Below, piece after piece: positions 29,177 through 38,198 of a DNA stretch of 64,000 nt. Source of the DNA: an uncultured Dehalococcoidales bacterium (GTDB lineage Bacteria > Chloroflexota > Dehalococcoidia > GIF9 > UBA5629); assembly GCA_964549635.1 (NCBI GenBank), contig CAZJVJ010000002.1, positions 40,567-104,566 on the forward strand, given 5' to 3'. Made by a program: the position numbers and the translations under genes. The notes below the pieces were generated by a model. The model did not search any database. It was not told where the DNA came from and saw only the letters and a program-made list of their open reading frames with translations. Position 1 is the stretch's first letter; every line of letters starts with the position of its first letter.

Positions 29177-29647
29177 ATGGCTAAGCAAGTTTATTATGAA
29201 GATGTTGAAGTGGGAACCGAAATACCCCCGCTAGCTAAAATTGCCACAACTCGGATGCTGGTTCAGTGGGCAGGAGCCAGTGGTGATTTTAACCCATTAC
29301 ATTATGAAGATGACTTTGCCAAAGCTATGGGTGTAGGTGCACCTATAGTGCACGGTGCACTCAAACGTGCCTGGCTTGGACAACTGATGACAGATTGGAT
29401 TGGTGAGGAGGGGGTGCTAAAAAAACTGTCATGCCAGTATCGTGGCATGGACTACCCGCGTAAGATGAAAACCATAGAAGAACCGCACGATGGTGAGACA
29501 TGGTGGTGCAAAGGTAGGGTGGTCAAGAAATATGAGGAGGGTGGCGAGCACCTGGTAGAGTGTGAAATCTGGGTAGAAAATGGTAAGGGGGAAAAGACGA
29601 CACCGGGTAAAGCCTTGGTTGCCCTACCATCAAGAGGCAAGAAATAA
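29177..29647 (+). CDS. MaoC-like (R)-specific enoyl-CoA hydratase catalytic subunit
   Basis: 156 aa with the hydratase-2 motif 'SGDFNPLHYEDDFAKAMG'. Confidence 0.8.
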   Translation: MAKQVYYEDVEVGTEIPPLAKIATTRMLVQWAGASGDFNPLHYEDDFAKAMGVGAPIVHGALKRAWLGQLMTDWIGEEGVLKKLSCQYRGMDYPRKMKTIEEPHDGETWWCKGRVVKKYEEGGEHLVECEIWVENGKGEKTTPGKALVALPSRGKK

Positions 29648-29758
29648 GCATAGAGCTTGGCTGGATAGGTAATCGAAGAGTGATTTGTACGAAACATTTG
29701 AAACGAGCTGGCGTTCCGCCAGACGAAAATAACAACGTAAAGGAGGTAAAGATAGAAA

Positions 29759-30538
29759 ATGGGAAAACTTGATGGAAAGGTAGCAGTTATTACCGGAGCG
29801 GCAAGGGGTATAGGCGAAGCTGATGCGGTATTGTTTGCCAAAGAGGGCGCTGCTGTTTTGTTGAGCGACATTGATGAAGCTCCGCTAAAGGAAGTGGTTC
29901 AGAAGATAAGGGCTGCTGGTGGAAAGGCCGAAGCTTGTGCCGGCGATGTTACGAAACCGGAGGATTGCCAGAGGATGATGGATATGGCAGTCGAGAAATT
30001 CGGCAAAATCGATATCCTAGTCAACAATGCCGGGCTTACCAGAGATGCCTTAATACATAAGATGACTGATGCCCAGTGGGACTTGTGCATCAACATTAAC
30101 CTTAAGGGGACTTTCAATTGCATTAGAGCTGCTTCCAAATATATGATGAAGGAAGGGCATAACGGAAGAATAATCAATGTTGCCTCTGTGGCCGGACTAA
30201 TGGGCAATGTAGGGCAGATAAACTATTCTGCGGCTAAGGCAGGTCTTATTGGGCTCACCAAAACCGTGGCCAGGGAATGGGGTAGATACGGTATTACTTG
30301 CAATGTTATAGCTTATGGTTTCGTTGATACGCGGTTGACAAGAGAGAAGGAAGTACAGCAAGAGGAAGTAGCTGGTGAACTAGTAGGTATACCAAAGAAA
30401 GTGAGGGATATGGTTCTTTTGCAAGTTAAGCCTATGACACCTGAAGATGCTGCCAAACCTGTACTTTTCTTGGCTTCTGATGATGCTGCTTTTATCACAG
30501 GCCAGGTATTGAACGTTTCAGCCGGAATGTATATGTAG
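29759..30538 (+). CDS. short-chain dehydrogenase/reductase (FabG-like 3-oxoacyl reductase / hydroxyacyl-CoA dehydrogenase)
   Basis: 259 aa with 'TGAARGIGEA', 'NNAG' and 'YSAAKAG'. Confidence 0.8.
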   Translation: MGKLDGKVAVITGAARGIGEADAVLFAKEGAAVLLSDIDEAPLKEVVQKIRAAGGKAEACAGDVTKPEDCQRMMDMAVEKFGKIDILVNNAGLTRDALIHKMTDAQWDLCININLKGTFNCIRAASKYMMKEGHNGRIINVASVAGLMGNVGQINYSAAKAGLIGLTKTVAREWGRYGITCNVIAYGFVDTRLTREKEVQQEEVAGELVGIPKKVRDMVLLQVKPMTPEDAAKPVLFLASDDAAFITGQVLNVSAGMYM

Positions 30539-30631
30539 TTTTACCATCTAGCCTGTTGGGGACATCGGGCTTATTGATGAGATAACAACTACGGGTGGGC
30601 AACAACCGAAATAAATATGAGGAGGCCTGAG

Positions 30632-31567
30632 ATGGCAAGGAGGCTGGAAGGTAAGGTAGCTGTGGTTACTGGTGCTGGGCGTGGTATTGGTAGGGCTGAG
30701 GCGTTGGCTTTAGCTGCCGAAGGGGCCAGGGTGGTGGTTAACGACTTTGGTGGTGCTGGTGATGGCACTGGTGCCTCTAAGGCTCCAGCAGGTGAGGTTG
30801 TCCAGGAGATTAAGAAACTTGGTGGCGAGGCCGTTGCTAATTATGACACTGTAGCCACTCCAGAAGGCGGGGAGAATATCATCAAGACCGCAATTGATGC
30901 TTTTGGTCGCATCGATATCCTAGTTAACAATGCCGGAATCCTTCGCGACCGCATGATTTTCAATATGAGCGAAGAGGAATGGGATGCGGTAATTAAAGTT
31001 CATTTGTATGGTACTTTCCATTGTACAAAACCGGCATGTGTCTATTTCAGGCAGCAGAGGAGTGGCAGGATAGTAAATACGTCCTCTACCTCAGGTTTAG
31101 GTAATATGGGACAGGCTAACTACAGTGCTGCCAAAGAAGGAATTGTTGGCTTTACTCGGACAGTAGCCAGGGACATGGGGAGGTATGGTGTAACGTGTAA
31201 CGCTATTCGCCCCAGTGCCGGAACAAGGCTGACGCTAACGCCGGAGCTGAGAGCTGCCTGGGAGAAGGCTAAGGCTGAAGGCTTGCGTCCTCAAGCAGGT
31301 GTCATAACCCTCGATGAACTTGAAAAAATGACCCCTGAGATGGTAGCTCCGCTGGTTGTATACCTGTGCACTGACGAAGCAGCGAACATAAACGGTTGCA
31401 CCTTCTGGGTGGGTGGTGGTGAGATAGGTATTTACTCGGAACCGGAAGTAAGAAGCCGGATATATAAAGAAGGTATATGGACAGTGGATGAACTGATTAA
31501 CATCGTTCCCAGAACTCTGGCTAGGGGACTGATAAATCCGGCACCTCCACAGACACCAAAGCAATAG
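30632..31567 (+). CDS. SDR resembling the (3R)-hydroxyacyl-CoA dehydrogenase domain of multifunctional enzyme type 2
   Basis: 'VVTGAGRGIGRAEALALAAEGARVVVNDFGG...GGEAVANYDTV...AFGRIDILVNNAGILRDR...GQANYSAAK' tracks the MFE-2/HSD17B4 N-terminal domain. I prefer ATG 30632 (GAGGAGG 6 nt upstream) over 30617. Confidence 0.7.
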   Translation: MARRLEGKVAVVTGAGRGIGRAEALALAAEGARVVVNDFGGAGDGTGASKAPAGEVVQEIKKLGGEAVANYDTVATPEGGENIIKTAIDAFGRIDILVNNAGILRDRMIFNMSEEEWDAVIKVHLYGTFHCTKPACVYFRQQRSGRIVNTSSTSGLGNMGQANYSAAKEGIVGFTRTVARDMGRYGVTCNAIRPSAGTRLTLTPELRAAWEKAKAEGLRPQAGVITLDELEKMTPEMVAPLVVYLCTDEAANINGCTFWVGGGEIGIYSEPEVRSRIYKEGIWTVDELINIVPRTLARGLINPAPPQTPKQ

Positions 31568-31772
31568 TTTGGTGATATACACACAGCATGGCTTGGCGCA
31601 CCAAGAAATTAGTCAGTGTAGCTAACAGCGATATCTGCGTTGGCGCTGCCTGCTTGTTAGTGTTTAGTTTCTGCTGGTAGGGGGCACTTGCTTTAGTTGA
31701 CATCGTGCTTCACTTAATGACTGGAGACTCAACAAAATGTCTCGTTAACACCAAGTTTTGGGAGGCTTTAGG

Positions 31773-32975
31773 ATGGATTTCAAACTGAGTGACAAAGAAA
31801 AAGCTTTAATAGAAGAGATTGCAAAATTTGCCAAGGAAGAGCTACCTGAAGATTTTGTCGGCACTCATCTAATTGACCAAGAGTACCCAAACTTCGAATT
31901 CGAAATATCTATGTCCAAAAAGCTGGCCCAGAAAGGGTGGCTAGTAATGAGCTGGCCGAAGGAGTATGGTGGGCAAGGAGCTTCTTTACTTGAACAAACA
32001 GTGTATGAAATGGAGATATCCTACTGGGGGATACCAGGAGCATGGATGGGCATAAGTGGCACACAGTGGGTGGGGCCATGCCTCATGCTGTTCGGAACAG
32101 AAGAACAGAAGAAGAAATACCTGCCGCTCATTGCCTCCGGTGATAAAGACGGTGTCTGGTGCACCGGGTACAGTGAGCCAAATGCAGGCTCTGACCTTGC
32201 CAATCTGCAGACACGAGCTGTGAGGGATGGTACCGATTACATAATCAATGGCCAGAAGGTATGGACTAGCAAGGCCCACCACGCAAGGTGGTGCTGGCTT
32301 CTGGCGAGGACAGACCCTAGTGCAGCGAAGAAACACCGTGGACTTAGCCTGTTTATAGTGGACATGAAGAGTCCGGGAATAACGGTCAACCCTATATTGA
32401 ACTACTACGGTCGGCATCACTTTAATGAGGTGTTTTTTGACAATGTTAAGATCCCGGCTTCTAATCTGGTTGGTGAGGAGAACAGGGGATGGTATCACCT
32501 GATGCAAGCTCTGGCATTTGAGAGACGAAGTGTGGCCCCCCTAGCTTATGGAAGTTCTAAGAGGTTGCTGGAATCACTGGTTAAGTATGCCAGAGAAACT
32601 CATTACCAGGGTAAGTTACTGAGCCAGGTTCCCGCTGTCCGTCATAAACTGGCTGAGCTGGCGATAGATGTGGAGGTGATTAAACTGTTTGCTTACCAGT
32701 TTACTTGGCGAGTGATGCAGGGTGCGATACCCGCCTATGAATCCTCTAGAAATAAAATCATGGGTGATGACGTGCTTCGAAAGGTGGCCATTTTGGGGGC
32801 AGATATATTAGGAGTATACTCGCAAGTTGATCCGAATTCGAAATGGGCCCGACTTAAGGGGGCCATTCAGGGGGCTTATCTCGGTTTTCCTGGCTCTATG
32901 ATTGCTGCGGGTACTGCTGAAATTGAAAGAAGCATTATAGCCCAGTTTAAGCTGGGCCTGCCGAAATCGTACTAG
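31773..32975 (+). CDS. acyl-CoA dehydrogenase, class A (IVD/LCAD-type catalytic Glu present)
   Basis: 'MDFKLSDKEKALIEE', 'ALAFERRSV' (Glu at the IVD position) and 'AAGTAEIERSII' (Ala at the MCAD Glu position). I prefer ATG 31773 after GGGAGG. Confidence 0.8.
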   Translation: MDFKLSDKEKALIEEIAKFAKEELPEDFVGTHLIDQEYPNFEFEISMSKKLAQKGWLVMSWPKEYGGQGASLLEQTVYEMEISYWGIPGAWMGISGTQWVGPCLMLFGTEEQKKKYLPLIASGDKDGVWCTGYSEPNAGSDLANLQTRAVRDGTDYIINGQKVWTSKAHHARWCWLLARTDPSAAKKHRGLSLFIVDMKSPGITVNPILNYYGRHHFNEVFFDNVKIPASNLVGEENRGWYHLMQALAFERRSVAPLAYGSSKRLLESLVKYARETHYQGKLLSQVPAVRHKLAELAIDVEVIKLFAYQFTWRVMQGAIPAYESSRNKIMGDDVLRKVAILGADILGVYSQVDPNSKWARLKGAIQGAYLGFPGSMIAAGTAEIERSIIAQFKLGLPKSY

Positions 32976-32994
32976 ACGTTTGTAGGAGGTCACC

Positions 32995-34149
32995 ATGGAT
33001 TTTGGTTTCACAGAAGAGCAAGAGATGCTCCGAACCATGGCAAGAGATTTTCTAGCCAATGAATGTCCCAAGTCGAAGGTTAGAGAGCTGGACAGAGATG
33101 AAAAGGGCTACGATCCTAAGATGTGGCGCGATATGGCAGAACTGGGGTGGATGGGACTTATCTTCCCGGAGAAGTATGGCGGGACTGGAGCCAAATTTGT
33201 AGATATGGTAGTTTTGATGGAAGAAATGGGGAGGAATATTGTACCGGGGCCTTTCTTTTCAACCATTGCCCTGTGCGCCTTACCCATCCTTGAATTCGGT
33301 ACGGAGGAACAGAAATCTAAATTTCTGCCAGAGATAATAAAAGGTGAAGCTATATGGACGTTAGCTCTGATGGAACCATCAGCTAGTTATGAGGCACCAG
33401 GGATAAATTTTAGTGCTTATTTGGAAGGAGATGAGTATGTACTAGAGGGTGAGAAGATTTTTGTTCCCGATGCTCACATAGCTGATTACGTTCTTGTGGT
33501 AGCCAGGACGGGCAAAGGTGAAACACCTGAAACGGGCATCGCGTTATTCATAGTCCAGGGCAAATCTCCAGCCCTCAAAATTGAAAGAATACCTACCATG
33601 GCTGGAGACAGGCAGTTTCAGGTTATTTTTGATAGAATCAAGGTATCTAGGAATGACATTCTGGGAATAGCAGGTAAGGGATGGGAAGTAGTGGACTTTA
33701 TTTTACAGAGAGCCGCTGTATTGAAATGTGCTGAGATTTCAGGCGCGTGTCAAGCTGTTCTTGATATGACCAGCACGTATGCCAGGGAGCGGATTCAGTT
33801 CGAACGTCCGATAGGAGCGTTTCAGGCGGTACAGCAAAAATTGGCTGACATGCTTATAGATGTTGAAGCGATTCAGTTCCTTGTTTACCAGGCGGCCTGC
33901 AGTATTGATGAAGGTAAACCATCCCAATTACTGATTTCAATAGCCAAAGCTAAAGCAAGCGAGGCTTATCAGAAGATTTGTATTGATGGCATTACCTCAC
34001 ATGGAGCGATAGGTTTTACCTGGGATCACGATATCGGGCTCTACTACAGGCGAGTCAAGGCAGCCCAGTTCACTGCTGGTGATATTGATCTGCATCGGGA
34101 GAAAATAGCTATTGAGCTGGGGCTTCAGCATGACACAGAGCTTAATTAG
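32995..34149 (+). CDS. acyl-CoA dehydrogenase family, class B (both known catalytic-base positions substituted)
   Basis: ACAD fold ('MDFGFTEEQEMLR', 'PEKYGGTG'), but 'DFILQRAAV' has Gln at the IVD position and 'FTAGDIDLHRE' has Ala at the MCAD position. Confidence 0.75.
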   Translation: MDFGFTEEQEMLRTMARDFLANECPKSKVRELDRDEKGYDPKMWRDMAELGWMGLIFPEKYGGTGAKFVDMVVLMEEMGRNIVPGPFFSTIALCALPILEFGTEEQKSKFLPEIIKGEAIWTLALMEPSASYEAPGINFSAYLEGDEYVLEGEKIFVPDAHIADYVLVVARTGKGETPETGIALFIVQGKSPALKIERIPTMAGDRQFQVIFDRIKVSRNDILGIAGKGWEVVDFILQRAAVLKCAEISGACQAVLDMTSTYARERIQFERPIGAFQAVQQKLADMLIDVEAIQFLVYQAACSIDEGKPSQLLISIAKAKASEAYQKICIDGITSHGAIGFTWDHDIGLYYRRVKAAQFTAGDIDLHREKIAIELGLQHDTELN

Positions 34150-34374
34150 TTTCCAGCGTTCCACTACATACATTAACATTTACTGGTTTTTGGCTAAAGT
34201 TCATGGTAAACTGTAAGGGGGCATGTATACGAGAATCATGGTGAAGGGAGGTGGTGTCACTGAAAGACTTGTGTAATTTGCTGGAGGAAATTCTAAAGGT
34301 CGATTTTGTCTGGCAAAAGTGAAGAGTTATCCCAACAAGTGAAGGTGTAATAATCGAGGGAGGTTAATTGGCAA

Positions 34375-36165
34375 ATGAAAAAGGGTCTGTTTCTATTGTT
34401 AACTGGTCTTTTGTCGGCATCATTGTGCCTGCCAGCGTGTCAACCTAAGGCTATAGAGGAGAACATCATCAAAATCGGCATCGTCGGGCCGATGCAGTTC
34501 ATGCAAGGTGAGCATCACTGGATGGGTGCGACTATGGCTGCTGAGGAAATCAACAATGCTGGCGGAGTAAGTTTGGGCGGGAAAAAGTATCTTATAAAGC
34601 TCGTCAAAATTGATAGCAATGAGATACTTGATGTTGCTGGTGCTGCATCCGCAGTGGAGAGAGCCATAACCGTGGATAAAGTTGACTTCCTAATGGGCGG
34701 TTTCAGGACAGAAGCAGTTTACCCCATGTCCGATGTAGCCATGGACTATAAAAAGATTTTCATCAACTGTGGCGCTGCCACTGCAGCACTTCAGAAGCGA
34801 GTGGCCGATGATTACAATCGTTATAAGTACTTTTTCAAGGGCACTCCGTTCAATGAGTACTTTTTGGTGGAAAACAATTTCCGCATGTTAGGAATGGTTG
34901 CCGCTATTTTAAAAAAGGAACTGGGCATAGAAGAACCTAGGGTTGCCATAATTGCTGAAAAGCTGGAGTGGACTGAAGCAATGGTGCGATTAGCCCAGGC
35001 GAAATTACCGGGTATGGGGATGGAGGTAGTTGGTGTGTGGCGGCCATCGGATACGGCTACAGATGTCACCGCCGAGCTGACGGCCATTGCTGCCAAGGAA
35101 CCCCACATTATATTTACCGTGTTCTCTGGCCCTGTGGGCATTACCTATGCTAAACAACGCGGCGAGCTGAAGATACCTGCTTGTTCAGTTGGTATTGTTG
35201 TTGAAGGTCAGAAAAAGGAGTTCTGGACAGCTACCGGTGGCAAAGGCAACTATGAGACATTCTTAAACACGTATGCCAAGGGTGTAGCCTTAACTCACAA
35301 GACGGTACCTTTCTTCGAAGAGTTCGAGAGGCGAACTGGTCAATTCCCGACATACACCGCGGCTACTTATGATGCTGTCTGGAGTACCAAAGAAACGATT
35401 GAAGCGCTTCAGACCCTAGATGCTGATGCTCATGTTCCCTATATTGAAAAGTCATCATTTGTTAGCACTGGTGGGGTTCGAGAGTACTATCAACTGGGTG
35501 ATTCGCCATGTCCGCCAAAGTGTCCTCATGACCTAGTTTATGGTCCGGGCAAACTAACAGGTATTTGCACACAGTGGCAGGATGGAGAGCTTAAAGCTGT
35601 CTGGCCAAAGAAGGAATATGGCACGGGTGAGTGGGCATTTGAGTATCCAGGCACTGTTCCATTCAAGATACCGCCTGAGGTAATCGCTAAGTTTAAGGAC
35701 GCCAAACCTGTACCGAAACCGGAAGCACCGAGACCTAAAGTTAACGAGTATGTCAATGCTGACTATGGCTTTTCAGTGAGATATCCAATACAGTGGGTGG
35801 CGGCAGCACCTACTGCGCCGGCTGTGCTATATGCTGCTAGCCCAGCTAGGGTTCCAGCTATTCATGTTTTCGTGCTAGAAGGTGCCACTTTTGCCGATGC
35901 GGTAAAAACCGCGCTGGAGAAAGGGGCTGGTGGTTCGGCTATTAAGATTGGGGGTGAGAAGGAGACAACCCTAGCTGACGGCACTAAAGCTACGGCAGCT
36001 AAGGTGGACTGGACAGTCCTGGGATTTTCAGGCGAATCATATGCCTTGGGAGTGAAAAAGGCTGACAAGTGGATTATAGTTACTATAACCACTGTAGCCC
36101 TGGTTGAGGCTTATGACGAGGCTAAATTCTCAGAGATAGCGCGCACTCTTGAGTTTAAAAAGTAG
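34375..36165 (+). CDS. lipoprotein: type-1 periplasmic-binding-fold (Leu/Ile/Val-binding family) solute-binding protein with an extra C-terminal domain of about 139 aa
   Basis: Lipobox 'LCLPAC'. SBP core 'IKIGIVGPMQF...AAEEINNAGGV'. A Pro-rich linker 'KPVPKPEAPRPK' precedes a C-terminal domain (nt 35746-36162) homologous to the C-terminus of the 48964 lipoprotein. Confidence 0.75.
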   Translation: MKKGLFLLLTGLLSASLCLPACQPKAIEENIIKIGIVGPMQFMQGEHHWMGATMAAEEINNAGGVSLGGKKYLIKLVKIDSNEILDVAGAASAVERAITVDKVDFLMGGFRTEAVYPMSDVAMDYKKIFINCGAATAALQKRVADDYNRYKYFFKGTPFNEYFLVENNFRMLGMVAAILKKELGIEEPRVAIIAEKLEWTEAMVRLAQAKLPGMGMEVVGVWRPSDTATDVTAELTAIAAKEPHIIFTVFSGPVGITYAKQRGELKIPACSVGIVVEGQKKEFWTATGGKGNYETFLNTYAKGVALTHKTVPFFEEFERRTGQFPTYTAATYDAVWSTKETIEALQTLDADAHVPYIEKSSFVSTGGVREYYQLGDSPCPPKCPHDLVYGPGKLTGICTQWQDGELKAVWPKKEYGTGEWAFEYPGTVPFKIPPEVIAKFKDAKPVPKPEAPRPKVNEYVNADYGFSVRYPIQWVAAAPTAPAVLYAASPARVPAIHVFVLEGATFADAVKTALEKGAGGSAIKIGGEKETTLADGTKATAAKVDWTVLGFSGESYALGVKKADKWIIVTITTVALVEAYDEAKFSEIARTLEFKK

Positions 36166-36189
36166 TTTAAAGATAGTTTGTTGGTTGTG

Positions 36190-36234
36190 CCAGATGGTTC
36201 CCCGGTTAGCTTCATCAGCCTGGGAACCATCTGG
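36190..36234 (+). promoter_or_regulatory. intercistronic stem-loop (13-bp perfect stem, 19-nt loop) between the SBP and permease genes
   Basis: ccagatggttccc (36190-36202) pairs with gggaaccatctgg (36222-36234). No T-run follows. Confidence 0.5.
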
Positions 36235-36273
36235 ACGGATATAGAGCTTTTTGAATTTCAGTTTGGAAAGTAA

Positions 36274-37146
36274 ATGATTCAGGCATTCATTGTCCAATTG
36301 TTAATAGCTAGCGGGATATATGCACTGCTGGCCGTCGGTTTTTCTCTTATTTTTGGTGTAGCCCGTGTGATAAATCTAGCCCACACTGCATTCTTCATGA
36401 TAGCAGCGTATGGTATGTTTTTTTGCAGCTATCAACTTGGTCTGAATCCCATTTTGTCAGTAATTCTGTCGCTATGTGTTGCTACCTTCGCTGGCGTTGC
36501 AAGCTACAAGCTGTTTATTGATCGAGTAAGAGAACATCACGCAGCAGTATTATTGATAACTTTGACACTGGCTATGATCTTCCAGGAATTGTTATTATTG
36601 GCTTTTGGTGCCCATTTTCGTGACACCCCTGTTATCGTAGCTGGCTTCGCGGAGGTATTTGGCGTTAGAGTGGCCTATCAGCAGTTGCTATCGCTTGGTA
36701 TAGTAATTGTTGTGCTGCTGGGTGTTATAACGCTGTTAAATTGGACAAAGTTGGGCATTGCTATCAGGGCAACGGCTCAGGATACAGAGATCGCTAATCT
36801 TATGGGAATAAACGTCTCCAGGGTACTTTTGGTGACTATGGGCATAGCTTCGGCTCTGGCGGCGATTGCTGGTGTGGTAGTGGCACCATTATGGGTAACT
36901 TTTCCTTACATGTGGATGTCTCCGCTGGTGATGATAATGGCGATTGTGACTCTAGGTGGATTAGGCAGTATCAAGGGAAGTGTTATAGGGGCTTTCATAA
37001 TCGGACTGGTTGAAACACTGGTTGTTTTCTTGATTCCAGCGGGTGCGTTTCTCAGGCTGCCCTTCGCTTTGCTTATCATGGTAATAATACTTGTGGTCAG
37101 GCCCGGAGGCCTTTACGGTATAGTTTTTGAGGAGGAAAGATTGTAA
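36274..37146 (+). CDS. ABC importer permease, LivH type
   Basis: 290-aa polytopic protein of the branched-chain-amino-acid-type permease family ('GINVSRVLLVTMGIASALAAIAG'). Confidence 0.8.
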   Translation: MIQAFIVQLLIASGIYALLAVGFSLIFGVARVINLAHTAFFMIAAYGMFFCSYQLGLNPILSVILSLCVATFAGVASYKLFIDRVREHHAAVLLITLTLAMIFQELLLLAFGAHFRDTPVIVAGFAEVFGVRVAYQQLLSLGIVIVVLLGVITLLNWTKLGIAIRATAQDTEIANLMGINVSRVLLVTMGIASALAAIAGVVVAPLWVTFPYMWMSPLVMIMAIVTLGGLGSIKGSVIGAFIIGLVETLVVFLIPAGAFLRLPFALLIMVIILVVRPGGLYGIVFEEERL

Positions 37147-38184
37147 GTGTTAAGACGGTTGCTCAAAGATTTTCAAGGCGATGTACTGGCTATTCCGGGA
37201 CGGCTTCTTGCGCTTATTTTCTTTTTGTTCCTGTTCATGATGCCCCTGATTACACAAGACCCTTATATTCTCCGCATTCTTATCTTTTGCAATATTTTTG
37301 CCATTTTTGCTGTTAGCTGGGACTTTTTGTCAGGCTACACCGGCCAGATAAACTTTGGACATGCGCTGTTCTTCGGTGTTGCTGCCTATACTGCAGCCAT
37401 GCTGAATAAATATTTGGATTTTGAGCCGTGGGCAACGATATCTATAGGTGCAATTTTCGCCGTGCTGGCTGGAGTACTTATGTGCCTACCTGCATTAAGA
37501 TTGAGAGGGCCTTATCTATCGCTGGTTACCCTGGCCTTTCCTCTCATAATGCTCGGAATCATCAAAGCGTTTCCCGATATTACTGGCGGGGAGCATGGTA
37601 TAACAGGCCTTTCCCGTCTCTCTGAATCCCGTGTGGCCGACTATTATATATCAGCGCTGGTCATGACTATTTCTGTCTTGATAATGTGGAAACTCACTGA
37701 TGCTAGGAGTGGCCTGGTCAGAACAGGAATTATTCTCCACGCCATCCGTGAGGATGAGATTACGGCTCGGGCTACCGGAATTAACACCATACGTTACAAG
37801 ATGCTTGCCTTTGCTGTAGGTGGTTTTTTTGCTGGAGTGGCTGGCGGTTTATATGCCCACTTTATGAGAATTGCAGGCCCATCAACTCTGGACCTTCTCC
37901 TATCTTTCCAGGCAGTGATATGGACTATCTTTGGGGGCATAGTCAGCATATATGGACCAATTGTTGGCGTCTATGTGCTATATCCACTTACAGAAGTACT
38001 GAGGATTATTCCTGAGCTGCGGTTTTTAATCCTTGGTGCTATAGTTATAGTGATTATTCTTTTTATGCCTGAGGGGATTGCAGTATGGATTAGAGATAAA
38101 ATTGAGAGGCGTTGTCCACGCTGCAAATTAGCTAACGCCTCGTTACGCCGTGAATGCAGAGCCTGTGGTGCTTCTTTGTACTAG
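37147..38184 (+). CDS. ABC importer permease, LivM type, with a C-terminal 4-Cys zinc-ribbon tail
   Basis: 345 aa with LivM-like 'GYTGQINFGHALFFGVAAY'. The last 23 aa are 'CPRCKLANASLRRECRACGASLY'. GTG start directly after the livH-type stop. Confidence 0.8.
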   Translation: MLRRLLKDFQGDVLAIPGRLLALIFFLFLFMMPLITQDPYILRILIFCNIFAIFAVSWDFLSGYTGQINFGHALFFGVAAYTAAMLNKYLDFEPWATISIGAIFAVLAGVLMCLPALRLRGPYLSLVTLAFPLIMLGIIKAFPDITGGEHGITGLSRLSESRVADYYISALVMTISVLIMWKLTDARSGLVRTGIILHAIREDEITARATGINTIRYKMLAFAVGGFFAGVAGGLYAHFMRIAGPSTLDLLLSFQAVIWTIFGGIVSIYGPIVGVYVLYPLTEVLRIIPELRFLILGAIVIVIILFMPEGIAVWIRDKIERRCPRCKLANASLRRECRACGASLY

Positions 38185-38198
38185 GCGCAGTTAAAGTC

